The notes under the pieces: model-generated | Told to the model about the DNA's origin: nothing | What the model saw: the letters and a program-made list of their open reading frames with translations, nothing else | Database searches by the model: none | Made by a program: the position numbers and the translations under genes | From: Hormiphora californensis | Taxonomy: Eukaryota > Animalia > Ctenophora | Reading direction: 5' to 3' | Assembly (NCBI GenBank): GCA_020137815.1 | Contig: CM035355.1 | Location: 4,402,001 to 4,466,000 of the forward strand | Length of the DNA stretch: 64,000 nt | Part shown: positions 24,388 through 39,400 of the stretch, piece by piece | Layout: each line of letters begins with the position of its first letter | Position numbering within the stretch: position 1 is the first letter of the stretch

Positions 24388-25707
24388 TATCATAGGATGG
24401 AAGACCGAGATCCTCAGACCGAGATCCTCAGATCCTCAGACACGGCTCGGATCATTTCCCGATTACATTCGAGATAAAGAACACATTGGAGAGCACTTTT
24501 TCAGGAAGAAATTCGACAGTTGCCTATTTAACTTTTATGAGAGATGACACTGTGCTAGTTGGTAGCCAATACTATATTGTGGCGATGTGGAAAACTAGCA
24601 TGCAGACTATGTATCAATGATGACATATATAATACCTGTATAAATGACTTTATTTTATTAATTAATTATTCATTGTCTTCTTTATATAGTTTACTATTGC
24701 TATGTACTAGGTAAGGATACAAACAGTACATATATGTACAACGTTATACCATTTTGTTAATGGATGAATGTACTCCCCTGGCCCACCCAGGACTCCTCGA
24801 CGAGATGTGTGCGGAAAAGATAATGGAAACCATGGAAATCTTTAATGAGATGTTCCAGCGCAAAAGAGAGGTTTTTTTGATTTTGTAGTTGATGGATTGT
24901 TTTTCAAAAGTTTAAGGGAATCAATTTATCATAGGATGGAAGACCGAGATCCTCAGACACGGCTCGGATAATTTCCCGATCACATTCGAGATAAACAACA
25001 CACTTTACTTTTTCAGGAAGAAATTCGACAGTTGCCTATTTAACTTTTATGAGAGATGACACTGTGCTAGTTGGTAGCCAATACTATATTGTGGCGATGT
25101 GGAAAACTAGCAGTATCAATGATAACATATAATACCTGTATAAATTGACTTTATTTTATTAATTAATTATTCATTGTCTTCTTTATATAATTTACTATTG
25201 CTATGTACTAGGTAAGGATACAAACAGTACATATATGTACAACGTTATACCATTTTGTCAATGGATGAATGTACCCCCCTGGCCCACCCAGGACTCCTCG
25301 ACGAGATGTGTGCGGAAAAGATAATGGAAACCATGGAAATCTTTAATGAGATGTTCCAGCGCAAAAGAGAGGTTTTTTTGATTTTGTAGTTGATGGATTG
25401 TTTTTCAAAAGTTTAAGGGAATCAATTTATCATAGGATGGAAGACCGAGATCCTCAGACACGGCTCGGATAATTTCCCGATCACATTCGAGATAAACAAC
25501 ACACTTTAATTTTTCAGGAAGAAATTCGACAGTTGCCTATTTAACTTTTATGAGAGATGACACTGTGCTAGTTGGTAGCCAAGACCATGTGGCGATGTGG
25601 AAAACTAGCAGTATCAATGATAACATATAATACCTGTATAAATGAATTTATTTTATTAATTAATTATTCATTGTCTTCTTTATATAATTTACTATTGCTA
25701 TGTACTT
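24388..25707. repeat. Tandem duplication, ~500-540-bp unit, ~2.6 copies
   Basis: ataggatggaagaccgagatcctcagac begins at 24392, 24931 and 25432. Units are near-identical. Confidence 0.95.
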
Positions 25708-26507
25708 ACTATGTGGAAGGTGAACACTGTGTCCCTTGACCCTGTTTGTGGGGGGTTTCACAACCCCTTTTGTGTTCACCACCAGTCTCCGCCCCAGTGA
25801 CCGCCAACCAATGGATACCAATGGACATACAAATGCTGTCTACATATATTTGATAGTGTAAGTGTTTTAGCAATGTTCACCACCAATGATACTTACTCCC
25901 AGTACTGCCACCCAATACAATTTTTCAATTCCCCTCCTTATATTTTCCTAAATCTTAGATGCTAAATTGTATTCTCATTTCAGAACTTTAACCTGTATCT
26001 GGTCGGCGGTGAACGACCATTTACACCGAACAGATGGAGCCCGCCTACTGATTTCTCCCCGACCCCGCCTGGTGATACTGATTGGGACGCTAGATCGAGC
26101 CCTCACACGGAGATATTCTCCCCGACCCCGCCCGGTGATTGGGACGCCAGATCGAGCCCACCCACTGAGATTTTCTCCCCGACCCCGCCCGGTGATGAGA
26201 GCACTCCACCACCTCCACCACCACGGAGACCTATATATTTTCCTAAAGCCTAGATGCTAAATTGTATTCTCATTTCAGAATTTAACCTGTTCGCGGTTCC
26301 ACCAGTCGGTGGTTAGGGAAACTTTACACCGAACTGGGACGCCCAATGGGCATCGAGCCCACCCACTGAGATTTTTCCCCCGCCCGGTGATGATGAGGAG
26401 GGACAGACTTGGCAATCAGTTCCCTTCTCTCAAGAATAGAAGATACTCTAACACATCGACTAGTATGCGTCAGTACAGTAATTACATAAGATGTTTCTCC
26501 AGTTTAA

Positions 26508-26823
26508 GGGTACGCCGACCGAAATTTTTTTCGAGTGCAGGGAAATCTCTCACTGTAGGGTTGTAGGCCATACCAAGGAGACCTCAAATATGCAATTTTA
26601 GTCCTTAAGTCGAATTCATATTTTTGCTACAGCTGTTTAAAAAATGTCTTGTAAATACGTCCTGTAAAAACGTATTTACAGGACATTTTTTAAACAGCTG
26701 TAGCAAAAATATGAATTCGACCTAAGGGCTAAAATTGCATATTTGAGGTCTCCTTGGTATGGCCTACAACCCTACGGTGAGAGATTTCCCTGCACTCGAA
26801 AAAAAATTTCGGTCGGCGGGCCC
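26508..26823. mobile_element. Kolobok family A-related mini-palindrome (internally deleted)
   Basis: TTAA + gggtacgccgaccgaaa left end. ~152-bp arms with an 11-nt loop. The right terminus is mutated (ggtcggcgggccc) and the TSD is lost. Confidence 0.85.
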
Positions 26824-28289
26824 CAAGTAAGCAATAAGCAATATTTCACAGCTGTACTGATACAGATGATTTGAGAAGATAGAGAGGCTTCTACCTGGTG
26901 TGTTGGCTATACCAGCTGGTAGTACCTGCAATAACTAGGTTGTCGGCATTCGACTCGGACCCCACTCGGACTCACCTGCTGAGTCTGAAAGATGCTAGAT
27001 GTGAACAGATTGCTTTTGATGGAGTAAGCAGCCTTTGTATACTGGCAAACGGGTTCATGTACCAAACCGGAAATGTAAACAGTGATTCAACCTTGTACTG
27101 TCTGCTGGCGGGTTTAGGGCGATCGAGAAAGTATCTGTGTCAACAATCATCTAACAAGCTGTACTCCGTGCTGACTACACAAATGGAGGACAACAGACGG
27201 CTGATGAGGAACCGGTATTGGTGAAGGATGCTGGGAGTGGGACCAGTTCTTTACATGTTTATCCGAGGTTGATAACTAAGCAGTAACACATTCCTTTTTG
27301 ATCTAGAGCATTATGGACAACAAGTGCTATCTGGTATTAAGAAGGGGTCTTCAGCTGTTAATCCTGATAGAGAACTTGAAAGAATGGCTAGATGTCCTGG
27401 AGAAAGAGCAGGACCGGAATCGGAAGCTCCGTCGCAGATCAGGACGGAGATGAGCCCTCCGTAGTTACATAGTTACAACAATAACAGCTAATAGCTCAAT
27501 GAAAATAACAATTTGAACCTCCCCACACAGGTATAAATGTGATAAGGAGCTCATATAAGGCGGTGAAACTGACGAAGGATGTCAATGACCTACAGATCGG
27601 ACAGACGAAGAAGCCAACCGATAAATGGGATTGACTCTTTGGAATCAAAAATGGTGAATGATTTAAAGAGGGTTTCGACGGGAAAACCAAAAGAGGAAAT
27701 AAAAGTACTATTTAAGATTTGCAACATGATAGTAGAAACCATGAAGGTACTTTTTGATCACAAAACAGGGGAATTCCCCGCTTTCCCTTCATACCGACTG
27801 GGTATGTTTTTGTTAAACATCGGAACGCCCCATACAAACGGTAGCAAGCGGTCCCTCACCCCTGTCCCTGACCATGTATGGTATGTTTCTGTGTGGAGTA
27901 GCACGGAGTGCCACCCTGCCCTAGATGGGTATATCTTTGGGCACGGTTCAGTAACACACAGTAACACACATAGTTAATGAGTGTAGTTAATTAGTAAGAT
28001 TAATTAGTAGATAAAGGGACAGAAGATGCCAATATATTTGTTGGAACGCAGCAGCTATTGAGCTTGTATAGTGGAACTAAAAACTCTAGAACTCACACGG
28101 AAGAAGCAACGGGAGGGGCAGGCGTGGGAAAGGAGGTGGAAAGTCTCAGGGAGGCTGCAAGGAAGGAAAGATTGTGGGCCAGGGGTTTGCGGTTTTCGTG
28201 ATTTTACTGGTTATTGGTTTGGGTATCGGACTTTTATTCTGGGGAACTGGCAACCTTGACAATGAGCCTATTTGCAATCCTGAATTAAA

Positions 28290-28440
28290 AATACTAGCTG
28301 AGAGCCCCTCCCCTATCCTCCGTGAGGAAAAGTTATGCTCTGCCGAGTTCATTGTAATAGATGAATGCCACCTTTTATTCTTCTGGGGTGGAATTGAAAG
28401 CGATAATCCTTTCCGAGAGAACTTTAAGCGTCTAAGGGAA
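28290..28440 (+). pseudogene. RecQ-like (AcademH-type?) helicase motif II fragment
   Basis: FIVIDECHLLFFWGGIESDNPFRENFKRLRE resembles VIDEAH...WG..FR..xxxL. Lies between ~110-bp direct repeats at ~27960 and ~28786. Confidence 0.65.
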
Positions 28441-29344
28441 CCTCTAGTTCAGTTTGAGGTGAAGTAAATGTAACCATGGGGGGATCAAGTTTCACCTCTT
28501 TTCGCATTATATAGTAAAATTTAAGATACTAAGTGGACTTAATTGTTAAGGTTCGGCCAAAGATAGTTTGTTTGACTGTAACGATTGGAAAGGACAAGGT
28601 TCAGGTGGTAAAACCTCCTGATTGACAACAACACTGTGTTTGAGATACATCGAACGCCCAATTTCGTCCGTCTATCAACTGGGTGCAGTTCAGTTAGCAA
28701 CCTCGTCTGTTAAATCTAATTGCCCATACCAGAAACATTGTCAATAACGGTGTTCAGTAAAGGCGTATATAGATAATGCCAATGTGTAACACACATAGTT
28801 AATTAGTGTAGTTAGTTAGTAAAATTAATTAGTAAAATTAATTAGTAGATAAAGGGACAGAAGATGCCAATAGAATTGCTGGAACGCAGCAGCCATTGAG
28901 CTAGTGGTGGAAATTCACAAAGTCCTGGGGCCTGGGCGGACAATATGGTATCAGAGGACAGTTCCATAATGTGGCTGCATTAATCATGATGCGAGCACAG
29001 AAGATGGTTGATCAGAGAGGGAATTATACCACAAATAAGATGTTAACAGAACCAGAAGATAGAAGATTGCGGAACGTTGTACCATGAACTGAAGCACTAT
29101 CTCAGAAATAAGAGCTCACCGAAGAGAATAAGAAAAAGGAGTTAATGGAAGACTTTGGGATGGAAAACTACCAGTACAGTGTTATATTGGCAACAACGGG
29201 CGCAACCTCAGCAGGGAGAGGTTTCCAAGGTCTTTGTGGGAGGCCATTGCGGGGGCGTCCGAGGGAAAAGATGAGGACTTGATAATAACATTGGTGTTGC
29301 GGCACCTCAGATTAGTGGACCCCCTAGAGCAGGAATACACGGAC

Positions 29345-29386
29345 TGCCACAGGTGCGGCAAACTGGGGCACCAACCGGGTAGCTGC
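29345..29386 (+). pseudogene. Gag-type CCHC zinc knuckle fragment
   Basis: CHRCGKLGHQPGSC = CX2CX4HX4C. Confidence 0.6.
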
Positions 29387-30450
29387 GGAAGAGGCTACGA
29401 TATTCGAGGGAACCGATGAAGGTGGAACACCGGGAAAGGGCCGATGTGATCAGTGTGGGGGAGTCCAGTGGTCGGGAGGACCACGAGATGGCCATAGAGC
29501 TGGAGATAGTGTAGTGATCCCATAATTCAGGTGCAGCGGTTAGTAAGGAGCCTCAGAATGGCACTGCAGCCGCTGGAGTTCATGTGAGAGCTGTCCAGAC
29601 TCGGCATGAGGACAAAGAAAAGGTACCTGCGGTGGTCGAAGTGATACTAGAACGAAACACGGGTATCCTGGGATATAGAGCCATAACAGAAACACTCACT
29701 TATCAAAATAGTTAAGAAGAAATATGCCAATAAGGCTAGGACCCACGCACGGTAAAACCAGTAAACTCAACAGCTGAGAAGTAGTATAAAACTACAATCC
29801 AGCTGCCGATTATTCTTATATATATGGGGAACGATAACTTTGTTATAACACTTTGTACTGGAAATTGATTGACATGATTAAGGATAGTTATACACCGTTG
29901 CTACGGTAACGATGGAGTTTGTTATATAGAGCCATCACATTAGTCATAATAAAAATTAAGATTGACGGGGAAACATAATGCTTGTTTACATCTCTAATCA
30001 TGTTTTATCCCTTCCAGGAAGATCTATACCGACAATGGTATATACATTTGTTTCGATCGATCCATTGTTATTAAGGTTAACAAAAAATCACGTGTATTGT
30101 GAAAAAGTCTAGCACCCCTGATACTAGAGAGATGTCACGGTCACAAAACTGACTGTTTTTATCCCTTTCAGAAAGATTTTCACGGATCACGGGACGTATA
30201 TCTGTTTCGATAAAGCTATAAAGATTGAGCCAAACAAAAAGGTTGTCTGTGTCGTCAAAAAAGCCAAGCCTCCCCAGAGATCTAACATCATACTGGTAAG
30301 AATCAACTTTACATGTTTACATGGTAACGATGGAGTTTGCATCTTTAAATATCTTGTTAGTCTCCTTATTATAAAAAGGCTACTGGATACATATAAATAA
30401 AAGGCAGCCCCTGGGAACTGCATATAAAATATATTTTCTCTCCGACGGAG

Positions 30451-33400
30451 GATGGGTAGAACACCATTACACATCTGAGGTGAGGTGAGATGGGCAGGAC
30501 ACCATTAGACAGGTGAGGTGAGGTGGGCAGGACACCATTAGACAGGTGAGGTGAGGTGGGTAGGACACCATTAGACAGGTGAGGTGGGGTGGGCAGGACA
30601 CCATTAGACAGGTGAGGTGGGTAGGACACCATTAGACAGCTAGGTGAGATGGGCAGGACACCATTAGACAGGTGAGGGGAGGGTGGGTAGGACACCATTA
30701 GACAGGTGAGATGGGCAGGACACCATTAGACAGGTGAGGTGAGATGGGTAGGACACCATTAGACAGGTGAGGTGAGGTGGGTAGGACACCATTAGACAGG
30801 TGAGGTGGGTAGGACACCATTAAACAGGTGAGGTGGGCAGGACACCATTAAACAGGTGAGGTGAGGTGGGCAGGACACCATTAGACAGGTGAGGTGAGGT
30901 GGGCAGGACACCATTAGACAGGTGAGGTGAGGTGGGTAGGACACCATTAGACAGGTGAGGTGAGGTGGGTAGGACACCATTAGACAGGTGAGGTGGGGTG
31001 GGCAGGACACCATTAGACAGGTGAGGTGAGGTGGGTAGGACACCATTAGACAGGTGAGGTGAGGTGGGCAGGACACCATTAGACAGGTGAGGTGAGGTGG
31101 GTAGGACACCATTAGACAGGTGAGGTGAGGTGGGCAGGACACCATTAGACAGGTGAGGTGGGCAGGACACCATTAGACAGGTGAGGTGGGTAGGACACCA
31201 TTAGACAGGTGAGGTGAGGTGGGTAGGACACCATTAGACAGGTGAGGTGAGATGGGTAGGACACCATTAGACAGGTGAGGTGAGGTGGGTAGGACACCAT
31301 TAGACAGGTGAGGTGGGCAGGACACCATTAGACAGGTGAGGTGAGATGGGTAGGACACCATTAGACAGGTGAGGTGGGCAGGACACCATTAGACAGGTGA
31401 GGTGAGGTGGGTAGGACACCATTAGACAGGTGAGGTGGGCAGGACACCATTAGACAGGTGAGGTGAGGTGGGCAGGACACCATTAGACAGGTGAGGTGAG
31501 ATGGGCAGGACACCATTAGACAGGTGAGGTGAGGTGGGTAGGACACCATTAGACAGGTGAGGTGGGCAGGACACCATTAGACAGGTGAGGTGAGATGGGC
31601 AGGACACCATTAGACAGGTGAGGTGGGCAGGACACCATTAGACAGGTGAGGTGAGGTGGGCAGGACACCATTAGACAGGTGAGGTGAGGTGGACACCATT
31701 AGACAGGTGAGGTGAGGTGGGCAGGACACCATTAGACAGGTGAGGTGAGGTGGGTAGGACACCATTAGACAGGTGAGGTGAGGTGGGTAGGACACCATTA
31801 GACAGGTGAGGTGAGGTGGGCAGGACACCATTAGACAGGTGAGGTGGGTAGGACACCATTAGACAGGTGAGGTGAGGTGGGCAGGACACCATTAGACAGG
31901 TGAGGTGGGGTGGGTAGGACACCATTAGACAGGTGAGGTGAGGTGGGCAGGACACCATTAGACAGGTGAGGTGAGGTGGGTAGGACACCATTAGACAGGT
32001 GAGGTGAGGTGGGTAGGACACCATTAGACAGGTGAGGTGAGGTGGGTAGGACACCATTAGACAGGTGAGATGGGCAGGACACCATTAGACAGGTGAGGTG
32101 GGCAGGACACCATTAGACAGGTGAGGTGAGGTGGGTAGGACACCATTAGACAGGTGAGGTGAGGTGGGCAGGACACCATTAGACAGGTGAGGTGGGCAGG
32201 ACACCATTAGACAGGTGAGGTGAGGTGGGCAGGACACCATTAGACAGGTGAGGTGGGCAGGACACCATTAGACAGGTGAGGTGAGGTGGGTAGGACACCA
32301 TTAGACAGGTGAGGTGAGGTGGGCAGGACACCATTAGACAGGTGAGGTGAGGTGGGTAGGACACCATTAGATAGGTGAGATGGGTAGGACACCATTAGAC
32401 AGGTGAGGTGAGATGGGCAGGACACCATTAGACAGGTGAGGTGAGGTGGGTAGGACACCATTAGACAGGTGAGGTGAGGTGGGCAGGACACCATTAGACA
32501 GGTGAGGTGAGGTGGGCAGGACACCATTAGACAGGTGAGGTGGGTAGGACACCATTAGACAGGTGAGATGGGCAGGACACCATTAGACAGGTGAGGTGGG
32601 TAGGACACCATTAGACAGGTGAGGTGAGATGGGTAGGACACCATTAGACAGGTGAGATGAGGTGGGTAGGACACCATTAGACAGGTGAGGTGAGGTGGGT
32701 AGGACACCATTAGACAGGTGAGGTGAGGTGGGTAGGACACCATTAGACAGGTGAGGTGAGGTGGGCAGGACACCATTAGACAGGTGAGATGGGCAGGACA
32801 CCATTAGACAGGTGAGGTGAGGTGGGTAGAACACCATTAGACAGGTGAGATGGGCAGGACACCATTAGACAGGTGAGGTGAGGTGGGTAGGACACCATTA
32901 GACAGGTGAGGTGGGTAGGACACCATTAGACAGGTGAGGTGAGGTGGGCAGGACACCATTAGACAGGTGAGGTGGGCAGGACACCATTAGACAGGTGAGG
33001 TGGGTAGGACACCATTAGACAGGTGAGGTGAGGTGGGTAGGACACCATTAGACAGGTGAGGTGAGGTGGGTAGGACACCATTAGACAGGTGAGGTGAGGT
33101 GGGTAGGACACCATTAGACAGGTGAGGTGGGTAGGACACCATTAGACAGCTAGGTGAGATGGGCAGGACACCATTAGACAGGTGAGGTGGGTAGGACACC
33201 ATTAGACAGGTGAGATGAGGTGGGTAGGACACCATTAGACAGGTGAGGTGAGGTGGGTAGGACACCATTAGACAGGTGAGGTGGGGTGGGCAGGACACCA
33301 TTAGACAGGTGAGGTGAGGTGGGTAGGACACCATTAGACAGGTGAGGTGGGTAGGACACCATTAGACAGGTGAGGTGAGGTGGGTAGGACACCATTAGAC

Positions 33401-36400
33401 AGGTGAGGTGAGGTGGGTAGGACACCATTAGACAGGTGAGGTGGGCAGGACACCATTAGACAGGTGAGGTGAGGTGGGCAGGACACCATTAGACAGGTGA
33501 GGTGAGATGGGCAGGACACCATTAGACAGGTGAGGTGGGCAGGACACCATTAGACAGGTGAGGTGAGGTGGGCAGGACACCATTAGACAGGTGAGGTGAG
33601 GTGGGCAGGACACCATTAGACAGGTGAGGGGAGGGTGGGTAGGACACCATTAGACAGGTGAGGTGGGCAGGACACCATTAGACAGGTGAGGTGGGTAGGA
33701 CACCATTAGACAGGTGAGGTGGGCAGGACACCATTAGACAGGTGAGGTGAGATGGGTAGGACACCATTAGACAGGTGAGGTGAGGTGGGCAGGACACCAT
33801 TAGACAGGTGAGGTGAGGTGGGTAGGACACCATTAGACAGGTGAGGTGAGATGGGTAGGACACCATTAGACAGGTGAGGTGAGGTGGGTAGGACACCATT
33901 AGACAGGTGAGGTGAGGTGGGCAGGACACCATTAGACAGGTGAGGTGAGATGGGCAGGACACCATTAGACAGGTGAGGTGAGGTGGGTAGGACACCATTA
34001 GACAGGTGAGGTGAGATGGGTAGGACACCATTAGACAGGTGAGGTGGGTAGGACACCATTAGACAGGTGAGGTGAGGTGGGTAGGACACCATTAGACAGG
34101 TGAGGTGAGGTGGGCAGGACACCATTAGACAGGTGAGGTGGGCAGGACACCATTAGACAGGTGAGGTGGGTAGGACACCATTAGACAGGTGAGGTGAGAT
34201 GGGCAGGACACCATTAGACAGGTGAGGTGGGCAGGACACCATTAGACAGGTGAGGTGGGTAGGACACCATTAGACAGGTGAGGTGGGTAGGACACCATTA
34301 GACAGGTGAGGTGAGGTGGGCAGGACACCATTAGACAGCTAGGTGAGGTGGGCAGGACACCATTAGACAGGTGAGGTGAGGTGGGTAGGACACCATTAGA
34401 CAGGTGAGGTGAGGTGGGTAGGACACCATTAGACAGGTGAGGTGGGTAGGACACCATTAGACAGCTAGGTGAGATGGGCAGGACACCATTAGACAGCTAG
34501 GTGAGGTGGGCAGGACACCATTAGACAGGTGAGGTGAGGTGGGTAGGACACCATTAGACAGGTGAGGTGGGCAGGACACCATTAGACAGGTGAGGTGGGT
34601 AGGACACCATTAGACAGGTGAGGTGAGGTGGGCAGGACACCATTAGACAGGTGAGGTGGGCAGGACACCATTAGACAGGTGAGGTGAGATGGGTAGGACA
34701 CCATTAGACAGGTGAGGTGGGCAGGACACCATTAGACAGGTGAGGTGAGGTGGGTAGGACACCATTAGACAGGTGAGGTGAGGTGGGTAGGACACCATTA
34801 GACAGGTGAGGTGGGTAGGACACCATTAGACAGGTGAGGTGAGGTGGGTAGGACACCATTAGACAGGTGAGGTGGGGTGGGTAGGACACCATTAGACAGG
34901 TGAGGTGAGGTGGGCAGGACACCATTAGACAGGTGAGGTGAGGTGGGTAGGACACCATTAGACAGGTGAGGTGAGGTGGGTAGGACACCATTAGACAGGT
35001 GAGGTGGGCAGGACACCATTAGACAGGTGAGGTGGGTAGGACACCATTAGACAGGTGAGGTGGGCAGGACACCATTAGACAGGTGAGGTGGGCAGGACAC
35101 CATTAGACAGGTGAGGTGGGTAGGACACCATTAGACAGGTGAGGTGGGTAGGACACCATTAGACAGGTGAGGTGAGGTGGGTAGGACACCATTAGACAGG
35201 TGAGGTGAGATGGGCAGGACACCATTAGACAGGTGAGGTGGGCAGGACACCATTAGACAGGTGAGGTGGGTAGGACACCATTAGACAGGTGAGGTGAGGT
35301 GGGTAGGACACCATTAGACAGGTGAGGTGGGTAGGACACCATTAGACAGGTGAGGTGGGGTGGGTAGGACACCATTAGACAGGTGAGGTGAGGTGGGCAG
35401 GACACCATTAGACAGGTGAGGTGGGTAGGACACCATTAGACAGGTGAGGTGAGGTGGGTAGGACACCATTAGACAGGTGAGGTGAGGTGGGTAGGACACC
35501 ATTAGACAGGTGAGGTGGGTAGGACACCATTAGACAGGTGAGGTGAGGTGGGCAGGACACCATTAGACAGGTGAGGTGAGGTGGGTAGGACACCATTAGA
35601 CAGGTGAGGTGAGGTGGGCAGGACACCATTAGACAGGTGAGGTGAGGTGGGTAGGACACCATTAGACAGGTGAGGTGAGGTGGGCAGGACACCATTAGAC
35701 AGGTGAGGTGAGATGGGTAGGACACCATTAGACAGGTGAGGTGAGATGGGTAGGACACCATTAGACAGGTGAGGTGAGCAGGACACCATTAGACAGGTGA
35801 GGTGGGTAGGACACCATTAGACAGGTGAGGTGGGCAGGACACCATTAGACAGGTGAGGTGAGGTGGGCAGGACACCATTAGACAGGTGAGGTGGGTAGGA
35901 CACCATTAGACAGGTGAGGTGAGGTGGGCAGGACACCATTAGACAGGTGAGATGGGCAGGACACCATTAGACAGGTGAGTGAGATGGGTAGGACACCATT
36001 AGACAGGTGAGGTGAGGTGGGTAGGGACACCATTAGACAGGTGCGAATGAGGCAGGACACCATTAGACAGGGTGAGGTGGGTAGGACACCATTAGACAGG
36101 TGAGGTGAGGTGGGTAGGACAACCAGTAGACAGGTGAGGTGAGGTGGGAGGGGCAAGGACACATTAGACAGGTGAGGTGGGTAGGAGACACCATTAGACA
36201 GGTGAGGTGAGGGTGGGCAGGACACCATTAGACAGGTGAGGTGTGGCCCCACCCCAAAAAGGAACACCATTAGAACAGGTGAGGTGGGTAGGACAACAAT
36301 TAGAGCAGTGTGAGGTGAGGTGGTAGGACACCATGAGACAGAGGTGAGGGTGGAGGGTGGGTAGGACACCATTAGAACAGGTGAGGTGAGGTGGGTAGGA

Positions 36401-39400
36401 ACACCATTAGACAGGTGAGGTGAGGTGGGAGGACCACCATTATGACAGGTGCAGGTGGGTAGGACCACCATTAGACACCATTAGGTGTGAGGTGGGAGAC
36501 ACCTTGACAGGGTGAGGTGGAGGTGGGCCATTAGACACCATTAGACAGTGAGTGGAGTGGCCATTGACAGGTGAGGGGGGAACACCATTAGACAGTGAGG
36601 TGGGGAGACACCATTAACAGGTGAGGTGAGGTGGGTAGGACACCATTATGAAGGGAGGTGGGCAGGACACCATTAACAGGTGAGGTGGAGGTGGGCAGGA
36701 CACCATTAGCAGTGTGAGGTGGGGACGACCAAAGACAGGTGAGGGAGTGGAGGACACCATTAGACAGGTGAGGTGAGGTGGAGGACAACCATTAGACAGG
36801 TGAGGTGGGGTAGGACACCATTAGACAGGTGGGTGAGTGGGCAGGACACCAAACAGGGTGAGGACCATTGGTGAGGTGAGATGGGGGACACCATGGTGAG
36901 GGTGGTGTGGACACTTAGACAGGTGAGGACATGGACAGGTGAGGGGGAGGCGACACCATTGACAGGTGAGGTGGGCAGGACCATTAGACAGGTGAGGTGG
37001 GTGGACACCATTAAAGGTGAGGGATAGGTGGGTAGGACACCATGAGAGTGAGGTGAGGGGTAGGACCTTAACGGTGATTGAGGTGGGTGAGCATAGAGGT
37101 GGACTTAGACGGTGACAGGTGAGGTGAGGTAGGACACCATTAGACAGGTGAGGTGGGGGTAGGACACCATTAGACAGGTGAGGGGGCAGGACACCATTAG
37201 ACAGGTGAGAGGTGGGAGACACCATTAGACAGGGGTGGGGTGGCAGGACACCATTAGACAGGTGAGGAGGCAGACACATTAGACAGGTGGGGAGGGCAGG
37301 ACCATTAGACAGGTGAGCAGTGGGGCAGGACACCATTAGAGGAGTGGGGCAGACCATTAGACAGGTGAGGTGGGTAGGGACACCATTAGACAGGTGGGTG
37401 AGGTGGGCAGGACACCATTAGACAGGTGAGGGGGGTCAGGACCCATTAGACAGTGAGGTGGTGGGCAGACACCATTAGACAGGTGAGGTGGCAGGACACC
37501 ATTAGACAAGTGAGGTGGGTAGGACACCATTAGACAGGGAGTGAGGTGGGCAGGACACCATTAGACAGGTGAGTGTTGGGCAGGACACAATTAGACAGGT
37601 GAGGTGAGGTGGGCAGGACACCATTAGACAGGTGAGTGAGGTGGGTAGGACACCATTAGACAGTGAGGTGAGGTGCGCAGGACACCATTAGACAGGTGAG
37701 GTGAGGTGGAGGACACCATTAGACAGTGTGAGGTGGTAGGACACCATTAGACGGTGAGGTGAGATGGGCAGGACACCATTAGACAGGTGAGGTGGTAGGA
37801 CACCCATTAGACAGGTGAGGTGAGGTGGGCAGGACACCATTAGACAGGTGAGGTGAGGTGGGCAGGACACCATTAGACAGGGAGGTGAGGTGGGCAGGAC
37901 ACCATTAGACAGGTGAGGTGAGGTGGGCAGGACACCATTAGACAGGTGAGGTGAGGTGGGCAGGACACCATTAGACAGGTGAGGTGAGGTGGGCAGGACA
38001 CCATTAGACAGGTGAGGTGAGGTGGGCAGGACACCATTAGACAGGTGAGGTGAGGTGGGCAGGACACCATTAGACAGGTGAGGTGGGTAGGACACCATTA
38101 GACAGGTGAGGTGAGGTGGGCAGGACACCATTAGACAGGTGAGGTGGGCAGGACACCATTAGACAGGTGAGGTGAGGTGGGCAGGACACCATTAGACAGG
38201 TGAGGTGAGGTGGGCAGGACACCATTAGACAGGTGAGGTGAGATGGGCAGGACACCATTAGACAGGTGAGGTGAGATGGGCAGGACACCATTAGACAGGT
38301 GAGGTGATGGTCAGGACACCATTAGACAGGTGAGGTGAGATGGGCAGGACACCATTAGACAGGTGAGGTGATGGTGGGTAGGACACCATTAGACAGTGAG
38401 GTGAGGTGGGGCAGGACACCATTAGACAGGTGAGGTGGGCAGGACACCATTAGACAGGTGAGGTGTGAGTGGGCAGGACACCATTAGACAGGTGAGGTGA
38501 GGGTGGGCAGGACACCATTAGACAGGTGAGGTGAGGTGGGCAGGACACCATTAGACAGGTGAGGTGAGGTGGGCAGGACACCATTAGACAGGTGAGGTGA
38601 GAATGGGCAGGACAGGACACATTATCCAGTGAGGTGAGGTGAGGGCCGGACACCATTAGACAAGGTTAGGTGAGTGGGCAGGGACCACCATTAGGACAGG
38701 TGAGGTGGGCAGGACACCATTAGACAGGTGAGGTGAGTGGGCAGGACACCATTAGACAGGTGAGGTGAGGATGGGAGGACACCATTAGACAGGTGATGGT
38801 GATGTGGGCAGGACACCATTAGACAGGTGAGGTGAGGGGGGTAGGGAACACCATAGAACAGGTTGAGGGGAGGGTGGGTAGGACACATTAGACAGGTGAG
38901 GTGAGCGCTGAGGTAGCGACACCATTTAGACAGTGAGGTGGGTCGGCACAATTAGACAGGTGAGTGGGTAGGACACCATTTAGACAGGTGAGGTGAGGTG
39001 GGCTAGGCACCCCATTGACAGGTTGAGGTTAGGTGCGGTAGGAACACCAATTAGATAGGTGATTGTGCAGGACACCATAGACAGGGGGTGAGGTGGGTAG
39101 GACACATAGACAGCCAGGTGAGATCGGGCAGGACACATAGACAGGTGAAGGTGAGTGGCAGCACCATAGAGGGGGGAGGAAAGGAGAAGGTGGTGAGGGA
39201 GGACCATGGAAGTGAGAGGTGGAGGACACGAAGAGAGAGAGTGAGGGGGAGGAGCACCTGACGGGGGGGCAAAGACGATATGGACGGGTGAAGGGAAGGA
39301 CACAAACGGTAGAGTGGTAGAGCCATAGAAGGCGAGGTGATCGGTGGGTGGACACCTTGCACAGTGAGGGGCAGGACCCACTGAGTGAGAGTGAGGGGCA

